A stretch of 32,000 bases of DNA from contig FP565575.1 in NCBI GenBank assembly GCA_000091165.1, positions 1,080,001 through 1,112,000 on the forward strand. The letters run 5' to 3'. A model generated the notes under the pieces. The model was not told the origin of the DNA and did no database searches. It saw only the letters and a program-made list of their open reading frames with translations. A program made the translations under genes and the position numbers. Below are positions 25,783 to 32,000 of this stretch, piece by piece. Position 1 is the stretch's first letter. Every line of letters starts with the position of its first letter. Source of the DNA: Candidatus Methylomirabilis oxygeniifera. Its GTDB lineage: Bacteria > Methylomirabilota > Methylomirabilia > Methylomirabilales > Methylomirabilaceae.

Positions 25783-27203
25783 GGAGGCGGTTCCAAAGAG
25801 CCTTCGCGGCCGTCTTCATTATCGCTTTGGCAGGGTGTGCCACGTATCCAGCCAATCCCCGGCTTGTCCAATACGACACGAAGTCTGGGTATCGTTTTGA
25901 AAATCTCACGGCATCTGGAAATTCCGACAGCCTTTTCGTCATCCTCACCTTCTCGGGAGGAGGGACTCGAGCGGCAGCGCTGTCTTATGGTGTGATGGAG
26001 AAGCTGCGCGATGTAAAAATCCGGTGGGAGGGTGAGGAACGACGACTGCTCGACGAAGTGGACGCCATCTCTTCCGTGTCGGGGGGTAGCTTCACCGCCG
26101 CCTATTACGCCTTATTCAGAGATGAGCTCTTTGATCCGGAGAAGTTCCGAAAGGTCTTTTTATACCGGGACATCGAGGCGGAACTTAAGGCATTGCTGTT
26201 CAACCCGATCAACTGGGTCCGGCTGGCCTCACCTACCTTTGGACGCATCGAACTTGCCGCCGAGTTGTACGATCGGGAGATCTTCAGAGAGAAAAGCTTC
26301 GGCGACCTGATCAACCAGGCCCATCGGCCTTTCACGATGATCAATGCGACCGACATCACTATGGGCTCGCAGTTTACCTTCATCCAGGATCAGTTCGACC
26401 TTCTATGCTCCGACCTCAGCGGTGTGCAGGTAGCGCGGGCCGTGGCGGCTTCATCCAACTTTCCCATCGCGTTCAGTCCTCTCACGGTCAACAATTATGC
26501 CGGGACTTGCCGCTATCGGGAACCACCCTGGATGGATGAGGCGTCGAAGGACCTCCTGCCCAACCCGCCCCGCTTCAACCGCGCGCGTATCGCGCGCTCA
26601 TATCTGAATCGAGGCCAGCGCGAGTATATTCACCTACTCGACGGGGGCGTAGCCGACAACATCGGTCTGCGTGGTCCGCTGGTGGCCGTTCGCTCGAACG
26701 ACCCGTCGTGGAGCCTGCCAAACAAAATTACTTTAGGAAAGGTGAAGAGGCTTCTAGTCATTGTTGTTGATGCTCGCACCGACCCCAAGACCGCCATCGA
26801 TAAAAAGCCGAGCGGGCCTGGACTGAGAACAATCGTTGACATTATTGCTTCTGTTCCAATGGCCAACTACTCATTCGACACTGTGCAGGAGCTCCTTGAT
26901 GAATTTAATCAATGGCGCACGGACAGAGACACCTACGCTGGCTGCAAGGCTATTCTGGAACGTACATGCCCAGCGACTCATATGCCAACCGGGCCGCCCC
27001 CGCCTATAGAGACGTATGGGATCTACGTTGGTTTTGACCAGATCAAGGATGCGCAAGAACGGGACTACTACCTGAACCTGCCGACAACCTTCTATCTGCC
27101 ACAGAAGGCAGTGGACCAACTGCGAGAAATCGGACCGAAGATGCTCGAGGAATCGAAAGAATTTCAGCGCCTTTTGAGAGATCTCAACAGCGAGGGTAGC
27201 TAG
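25779..27203 (+). CDS. Patatin-like phospholipase, probable lipoprotein
   Basis: Lipobox IIALAGC. Oxyanion-hole motif FSGGGTRAAA. Nucleophile elbow SSVSGGSF (GxSxG). Catalytic Asp motif LLDGGVADNIG. RBS GGGAGG. Confidence 0.85.
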   Translation: MRRRFQRAFAAVFIIALAGCATYPANPRLVQYDTKSGYRFENLTASGNSDSLFVILTFSGGGTRAAALSYGVMEKLRDVKIRWEGEERRLLDEVDAISSVSGGSFTAAYYALFRDELFDPEKFRKVFLYRDIEAELKALLFNPINWVRLASPTFGRIELAAELYDREIFREKSFGDLINQAHRPFTMINATDITMGSQFTFIQDQFDLLCSDLSGVQVARAVAASSNFPIAFSPLTVNNYAGTCRYREPPWMDEASKDLLPNPPRFNRARIARSYLNRGQREYIHLLDGGVADNIGLRGPLVAVRSNDPSWSLPNKITLGKVKRLLVIVVDARTDPKTAIDKKPSGPGLRTIVDIIASVPMANYSFDTVQELLDEFNQWRTDRDTYAGCKAILERTCPATHMPTGPPPPIETYGIYVGFDQIKDAQERDYYLNLPTTFYLPQKAVDQLREIGPKMLEESKEFQRLLRDLNSEGS

Positions 27204-27478
27204 TTGAAAGTCCCGCAGATCACATCCACGCAGGACCTCATCCCATCTTGGGCGACGCCAACAACCGAGGCGCCGACACGACCCATGGCGACTTTGGGGA
27301 GGATGACAAGACCAGGAAACTGGCAGACAGGTTACGGAGACAGAGATCCCTCTCGCTCATGCGGCTCCAGGACATGAGTGACGTGCAACGGGTGGCCGGA
27401 AGCTTCCCGTGCAACAGCCCTCGGATAAGTAGAAACCCCGTGAAGGATTTCAGGTATACAGGTTGTTGATAAAGTCTC

Positions 27479-28122
27479 TTACGGGTGAGACGGCTTCGAA
27501 GGAGTCAGGGAAACGTGCGTATGGGCGGCCTCGTTACGGTCCGCCGCAAGGTTGGGGTCAATGTCGGTTCCTCCAATGAAACCAGGGTAGCGGACCAGCC
27601 AGTCAATGATGAGCGGGATATTCGAATCGTAGGCCTTCACGTGGAGGCCCCAGACGGTGGTGTCTCATGATGGCTGCAGGCTGTAGGTTACGGCGACCGC
27701 CACCCGTCGTCCGTCCCGTTCCTGGTTTACACCGTACTCTCCCGTCCCCGGACGTCATCACTGACATGAGAAGCTATCCGCCCTCGGTTCTCGTGAAGAG
27801 GGAGAGGGGACCGGGTGCGGATCATTTGCACTGTTCGCTTTTGCGCGCCCTCCGGTCTCGGCCTAGACGAGCGCGGAGCCGGCGGCGGGGTAACTGGGAT
27901 GACGTTAGTCCGAACAGCGCTCGCAGGCCGCGTGGGGGAGGTGTCCACGAGCCCAGGCGCCAACGCTCCGAGCGTCATCGCCAGCACCCCGATACCGACC
28001 CATCGGGTGGTGCGTCGCTCCGACCAGCCGGCTGGGGAGCAACTGCGACAGCTGTGATCCGACGCGCTGATCATCAGCATGGCCTTGTCCGGCCCCATTG
28101 GTCGCCTGAAACGCTGCTCCAT
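27479..28122 (-). pseudogene. Possible decayed gene: N-terminal anchor ORF, then a frame change and an in-frame TGA
   Basis: ORF 27727..28122 has a TM-like segment WVGIGVLAMTLGALAPGLV. A second frame reads ...GEYGVNQERDGRRVAVAVTYSLQPS-TGA(27665-27667)-DTTVWGLHVKAYDSNIPLIIDWLVRYPGFIGGTDIDPNLAADRNEAAHTHVSL...*. No intact ORF spans the region. Confidence 0.25.
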
Positions 28123-28180
28123 GTTATCCCCGCTGGATCACAATCACGGGGTGCGATTGTTCTAAGGTTGCTAATAAGGC

Positions 28181-29131
28181 TTAGTCCTGGGGTAGTCTCA
28201 CGGCGAAGGTAGCACCTCGCCCTTCCCCATCAGAGTGCGCATGGATCGACCCACCATGAAGTTCCACCAGATACTTCGTCAAGGCAAGCCCGAGACCGGT
28301 CCCCTGATAGTGCTTGACGGTCGGCGCCTGAAGCTGCGTGAAGCGCTGGAAAAGCTTTGATAGATCCTCTGCGCTGATGCCGATCCCGGTATCGGCTACC
28401 GTGATCTCCACGATCTTTTTTCCGCTCGTTCTTTCGGGACCTGTATGTTCGGTCGTCAGTAGTACAGATGGTACGACCCTCGACGTCACTAAAATTCTCC
28501 CCCCCTTGTGGCTAAACTTGATCGCATTCGATAGGAGGTTGTAAAGAATCTGCTTGAATCGGGTCGGATCGGCATTTATTAGTGAGATCCCGTCCTCTAC
28601 GGTCACTTCGATGTTCTGGTGTTTCTGATCGGCTTGCGGACGGAGGGTGCCAACCGTCGTCTCGATCACCTCCTGGAGCACGAACGGTTCGGGCTCTATA
28701 ATCAACTTGCCGGCTTCGATCTTGGAGAGGTCCAGCAGATCGTTGAGAAGAGTCAGCAGATGCCGACTGCTCAGCAGAATGTTCCCGACAAAGTGCGCCT
28801 GCTTTTCGTTCAGCGTACCGAAGGCCCCGCTTTGGAGTAGCTCGGTAAATCCGATGATCGAGGAGAGCGGGGTTCGGAGTTCGTGCGAGATATTGGCAAG
28901 AAAGGCCGACTTCTGACGCGTCGCCTCCTCAGCCCGTTCGATTCCACGCAACAGCTCGGTATTAGCCGCCTGCAGAGGTCGAGTCCGCCTCGCTATAGTT
29001 GTCTTAAGCTCAAGAGCGGTCATTTGTTCTCCCCCACAAAGCCGACCAAGTATCGCCTTAGCATGGCTTTTCCGGATGCCAATTCCCAGCTCCATTTTGT
29101 ATCCCCTCGTCAATTGCGATTCCATCTTCAT
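28181..29131 (-). CDS. Soluble histidine kinase (HisKA + HATPase_c, no obvious sensor domain)
   Basis: H-box FLANISHELRTPLSSIIGF, N-box LLSNAIKF, G-boxes VADTGIGI and GTGLGLALTKYLVELHGG. GC is about 47%. It is preceded by a sigma-54-type promoter. Confidence 0.85.
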   Translation of the reverse strand: MKMESQLTRGYKMELGIGIRKSHAKAILGRLCGGEQMTALELKTTIARRTRPLQAANTELLRGIERAEEATRQKSAFLANISHELRTPLSSIIGFTELLQSGAFGTLNEKQAHFVGNILLSSRHLLTLLNDLLDLSKIEAGKLIIEPEPFVLQEVIETTVGTLRPQADQKHQNIEVTVEDGISLINADPTRFKQILYNLLSNAIKFSHKGGRILVTSRVVPSVLLTTEHTGPERTSGKKIVEITVADTGIGISAEDLSKLFQRFTQLQAPTVKHYQGTGLGLALTKYLVELHGGSIHAHSDGEGRGATFAVRLPQD

Positions 29132-29165
29132 TGAGCCATCCTTCTCATCTCAATACTCATCCTTA

Positions 29166-29326
29166 GTAACAAGCGGTGTGCCAACAACCAAAGCTCACAG
29201 CATATTTCTCTAACTCTGCGTGTTTATTGGCTGTATGGAGAGAACCGGTCAGAAGCAGAAGAGGATCAGATGTACGAGGTAAGTTTCAAGTGAAATGGGC
29301 TGTTTCAGTCGGTTTCACGCTGAAAC
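29166..29326 (-). repeat. 161-bp regulatory repeat, copy 1 (sigma-54 promoter plus distal palindrome)
   Basis: 141 of 161 positions are identical to 31674-31834 in an ungapped hand alignment. The distal 74 nt have only 3 mismatches. The block contains GTTTCAG-N3-GTTTCA-CGC-TGAAAC at 29302-29326. Confidence 0.8.
29168..29183 (-). promoter_or_regulatory. Candidate sigma-54 (-24/-12) promoter TGGCAC-ACCGC-TTGTT driving the orphan histidine kinase
   Basis: The minus strand reads TTGGCACACCGCTTGTTA, against the consensus TGGCAC-N5-TTGCW. The spacing is correct and only the C of the -12 GC is replaced by T. It lies 37 nt upstream of the ATG at 29131. Confidence 0.55.
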
Positions 29327-29880
29327 GTGAATCGCCAGTGGGGCTTCAGTGTCCGAACTGGTAGGCTACAGCCACTCTGATAGAATGGGCGTATGCAGAT
29401 TCGGCTGAGCGCCCCTGGAGCGTACCACCACCAGTACCACCTCGTGTGGATTCCCAAGTACCGGAAGCGGGTCCTCAAAGGGGACCTCAAGGACTTTCTC
29501 GCGAAGCGACTGGGTGAGATTCAGGAGTACCATCCGGACATCGAGGTGGAGCAGTTCAGTATCCAAGTGGACCACGTTCACCTGGTGGTGGTGATCCCGC
29601 CGCAGTACGCGGTGTTGGCGATCGTTGGGAAGATCAAGGCGAACACGAGTCGCGAGATCCGTCAGCGCTTCCCCTGGGTTGAGCAGGTCTACTGGCGGAA
29701 TGAGGTCTGGTCGGTCGGGTTCTTCTCGTCTACCGTCGGCATTGACGAGGCGGTCATCAAACGGTACGTCGAGTTTCAGGAGAAGATGGATACCGAGCAA
29801 TTCACGCTCCAATTAGATTTCGAGTTCTGATCTCCAATGCCACGGGCGTAAGCCCGTGGGTATCTACTCCCGCGATCTCT
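29327..29880 (+). mobile_element. IS200/IS605-family element (tnpA only); ends approximate
   Basis: Homology between the two 161-bp repeat copies stops abruptly at 29326/29327, 66 nt before tnpA. A left subterminal hairpin CCAGT...ACTGG lies at 29335-29361. A right perfect hairpin CCACGGGC-GTAA-GCCCGTGG lies at 29840-29859. Confidence 0.6.
29393..29830 (+). CDS. tnpA: IS200/IS605-family Y1 (HUH) transposase TnpA
   Basis: 145 aa. YHLVWIPKYRKRVL, HUH motif VDHVHLVV, and a C-terminal catalytic Tyr region AVIKRYVEFQE. Confidence 0.9.
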   Translation: MQIRLSAPGAYHHQYHLVWIPKYRKRVLKGDLKDFLAKRLGEIQEYHPDIEVEQFSIQVDHVHLVVVIPPQYAVLAIVGKIKANTSREIRQRFPWVEQVYWRNEVWSVGFFSSTVGIDEAVIKRYVEFQEKMDTEQFTLQLDFEF

Positions 29881-29987
29881 GACTCCGCGTCCGTGAAATC
29901 ACACAGATCTGGCAGCGGCGGCAACCAACCTGTACCCACAGTCTGGCCTATCTCCAGAATCTCTACTGGTTTGTACGTCGCATACAT
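29802..29987 (-). pseudogene. Truncated ORF (61 codons) whose N-terminus resembles papain-like (C1) peptidase homologues; it runs into the IS200 right end
   Basis: Strong RBS AAGGAGA, then MYATYKPVEILEIGQTVGTGWLPPLPDLCDFTDAES. The GWLP.LPD..D motif recalls bacterial C1-family proteins, from memory only. From ...EIAG onward the codons are those of the IS hairpin (VDTHGLTPVALE). Confidence 0.3.
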
Positions 29988-30173
29988 TGTGTAATTCTCC
30001 TTTTCAATGAAGTGCTGTTCGCTTTGATCCAACCTACAACCAACATGTCTCAGCCCCAATATGGGCTTTCCCCGACCACCTCCCTTCTGAGGCAAGAACA
30101 CCCCGCATCAAACCTCCGTGGGTGGCCTCGCCACCCACGGAGTCTTCGTATTCTCATCAATACTCCGGGATGT

Positions 30174-31346
30174 TCAGCTCGCCCAGCCGAACTGCCAGTA
30201 GTATTTTTTGAAGGTGTCCACAGGAATCGCAAACACGCCGCCGGAATTCAACGGAACGCTTCGCCAGAAGCTCTGATCGTACGCCGACCAGTTACCTGCG
30301 AGACTGTTGATAACAGGGCCGTTGTGTCCCCAGGGATTGCGGAGTACGATGTACCTGATGTTGTTCACGAACGCCCAACCGAGGATCGTGTATGCATGGT
30401 AACCAACGATGCCCGTGCCGGTGTAGTCCACCGGCGCAGGAGTGACACAAAAGGTCCAGGCAGTCATCGGGTTTATCGTACGATACGAGAGGCAGTTGGA
30501 GCGCACGCTGCTCCAGACTTGGTCGGCTGTAAGGGCGGAGCATGTCTTCGTGACGCCGGCTAAGTTCGTCAACTCCGTGGTCGCCTGAACTGGCCAACCT
30601 CCTGAGATCGGCCCATAGTTTGGCTCGTCAGTGGTATCGTTGGTCTTCCACTTGGCGAAGGCCTTCTCGTACACAGCCGGCCAAATCTCGCCTGCTTCTG
30701 CGGAACGTGCGTATATCCACGCATGGGTGCCCTTCACGAGCGGTACGCGCTCGGTCACCTCCATTGACTTCGTTCCGTTGGAATAGAAGTCGATACGATC
30801 GAGGAAGTCTTGTTGGTTGGTGCCGGTAGCGCGTTGGCGCAAGGCGATCACATACGGTCGCGACCACGCCACCGCGGAGAGCGCGGCGATGAAGTAACAG
30901 TCGCCAAGTCCGCCCTGAACGGGATCGAGAAACTCAGCGCCCTCCTCGAAGTAATCCCCGGGATCGGCCCACTCGGATCCGGGAGGAGTATACTGGGGTC
31001 CCTCACCTTTCTCCGCGCCTGCCAGCGCTGCGATTATACGCGCCTGCGCCTCCGGAGAGAGTTTCGCAAGCATCGTTTCTACCGGACCAGCCTTGGCGTG
31101 CGATCGGAACGCTACGTTTCTATCGGCCTTCCTCTCGTGGATGTCAGCGAGGACCTTGTGAGAGTCCGCTGCGCCACTGAGCATCAGGTTGCCTGCCACT
31201 GGTGCACACAGCTTGTCGATCGACACGCCGAGTGTCTTCTCGACAAAAGCCTCATGATCTGTAATCGACTTCCAATTCACCCTGCGACCAACTGCCAGTT
31301 CCGCCAGGGCGTACGGATTTGCCAGACCAACTCTCGACTCGTTCAT
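30174..31346 (-). CDS. Calpain-like cysteine protease (peptidase family C2), cytoplasmic
   Basis: The catalytic triad contexts are all present: QGGLGDCYFIAALSAVA (Cys), GIVGYHAYTILG (His) and VLRNPWG (Asn). RBS AAGGAG. No signal peptide. Confidence 0.85.
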   Translation of the reverse strand: MNESRVGLANPYALAELAVGRRVNWKSITDHEAFVEKTLGVSIDKLCAPVAGNLMLSGAADSHKVLADIHERKADRNVAFRSHAKAGPVETMLAKLSPEAQARIIAALAGAEKGEGPQYTPPGSEWADPGDYFEEGAEFLDPVQGGLGDCYFIAALSAVAWSRPYVIALRQRATGTNQQDFLDRIDFYSNGTKSMEVTERVPLVKGTHAWIYARSAEAGEIWPAVYEKAFAKWKTNDTTDEPNYGPISGGWPVQATTELTNLAGVTKTCSALTADQVWSSVRSNCLSYRTINPMTAWTFCVTPAPVDYTGTGIVGYHAYTILGWAFVNNIRYIVLRNPWGHNGPVINSLAGNWSAYDQSFWRSVPLNSGGVFAIPVDTFKKYYWQFGWAS

Positions 31347-31469
31347 TTGTCTACTCCTTTTATACGTTCTTGTTTCGATACACTCTTGCTTGCGTACTTC
31401 TCTTCACTGCGATTAATCATTTCAATTACGTCCCTCTGCACCTCCTTTCTGTCTGCCGCCCAACTGCAA

Positions 31470-31607
31470 TTAGACAGACCGGCTTAATCTGTTTAAGGCC
31501 GGCGGGCTCGCCGTTTTTATCTCGCAAAGACTTGCTCTACCCGAAAACTCTATCGCCACGGCGCTGCGGGGGTTTTTCGGCAATGTGGCCACCTTCTCCA
31601 TCTTCAT
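31470..31607 (-). CDS. Possible 45-aa leader ORF (MKMEKVATLPKNPRSAVAIEFSGRASLCEIKTASPPALNRLSRSV)
   Basis: GGAGGTG RBS 0-1 nt-spaced region upstream. It is the first ATG downstream of the sigma-54 promoter copy 2. It shares ATGAAGATGGA with the start of the orphan kinase. Coding status is unproven. Confidence 0.25.
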   Translation of the reverse strand: MKMEKVATLPKNPRSAVAIEFSGRASLCEIKTASPPALNRLSRSV

Positions 31608-31673
31608 CACCTCCTTTGATCGAGATAAGGTCAAGTTTTCCTTCCGGCCTGCCTCTCCCAACAACTGTCCTTC

Positions 31674-31834
31674 GTAACAAGCGGCATGCCAACACCAAAC
31701 GCTCACAACATATCTCTCTAACTCTGCGTATTGATTGACTATATGGTGAGGTCGGGTCGAAAGCAGAAGAGGATCAGATGTCCGAGGTCAGTTTCAAATG
31801 AAATGGGCTGTTTCAGTCGGTTTCACGCTGAAAC
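31674..31834 (-). repeat. 161-bp regulatory repeat, copy 2
   Basis: See copy 1. The palindrome GTTTCAG-N3-GTTTCA-CGC-TGAAAC is at 31810-31834. Confidence 0.8.
31676..31691 (-). promoter_or_regulatory. Candidate sigma-54 (-24/-12) promoter TGGCAT-GCCGC-TTGTT driving the small ORF and the calpain-like protease gene
   Basis: The minus strand reads TTGGCATGCCGCTTGTTA, with correct GG-N10-G spacing. It lies ~70 nt upstream of the ATG at 31607. Confidence 0.5.
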
Positions 31835-32000
31835 ATTAATGGCCCGTAACGGTCGCCAGCAGATCTGTGAGGGGTCTATCCGCAGGAAGAGAGGCAAAAG
31901 CACTATTGGATCACCGCGCGGCTTTCCACCGATGGCGGACCCCAAGTAGTTCAGTTTCGATCTGCCTGACGGTGGTCATGTCCAGGAAGGTAGGTTGGAG

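Noticed and set aside
27665-27667. In-frame TGA as a selenocysteine codon
   Set aside because: The frame has no start codon and is preceded by a double stop. The region looks decayed overall, and I did not see an obvious SECIS-like hairpin immediately downstream.
27667-28212. 181-aa plus-strand ORF in the GC-rich spacer
   Set aside because: Extremely Arg/Pro-rich (RRARSRRRGNWDD...) with no RBS or domain. It is a chance ORF in high-GC DNA.
29166-29326. Interpreting the 161-bp repeat as the left end of the IS200/IS605 element or as a MITE
   Set aside because: The second copy has no tnpA or IS right end nearby. Homology stops 66 nt before tnpA and extends away from the IS down to the start codons of the downstream genes. 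The -24/-12 motif and the polarised conservation fit a promoter region better. This is not fully excluded without genome-wide copy counts.
31911-32000. Possible 3' end of a minus-strand gene running off the window (...LQPTFLDMTTVRQIETELLGVRHRWKAAR*)
   Set aside because: Only 29 codons are visible, which is too little to distinguish from chance.
1-32000. CRISPR arrays, rRNA or tRNA genes
   Set aside because: No regularly spaced direct repeats with unique spacers and no tRNA- or rRNA-like conserved stretches were seen. All repeats found are single palindromic units or two-copy blocks.

Overview
This is a bacterial chromosomal window with mosaic GC content: about 65-70% in dnaE2 and the GH44 gene, and about 45-50% in several hypothetical-gene blocks. 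Gene content and the repeat families suggest an NC10/Nitrospirae-like environmental lineage, but this is inference only. The backbone feature is a minus-strand SOS mutagenesis operon, lexA - DUF5131 (Gp37/Gp68-like) - imuA - imuB - dnaE2 (13303-20295). Other confident genes are listed here.
- A DASS anion symporter and a secreted GH44 glycosidase with PKD and FN3 domains.
- Rubrerythrin.
- An NtrC-type sigma-54 activator whose cognate GAF-GAF histidine kinase has a broken reading frame.
- A lipoprotein / PEGA-like / patatin-like phospholipase trio.
- An orphan histidine kinase and a bacterial calpain-like (C2) cysteine protease.
- An IS481 element and an IS200/IS605 element.

The main non-obvious signals are these.
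1. A 161-bp block (141/161 identical) occurs upstream of both the orphan kinase and the calpain operon. It carries a near-consensus sigma-54 -24/-12 element plus an almost invariant distal palindrome.
2. A module made of the dnaE2 3' end, a tyrosine-recombinase tail and a hairpin is directly duplicated, and the two copies bracket a ~6-kb accessory block.
3. A conserved AT-rich ~50-nt block with a 20-mer core lies upstream of lexA and again at the DUF5131/imuA junction. It is a candidate SOS promoter or operator.
4. At least four kinds of short palindromic elements are present. One is inserted in frame in imuB, and a related one breaks the GAF kinase frame.

No rRNA, tRNA or CRISPR array was recognised.
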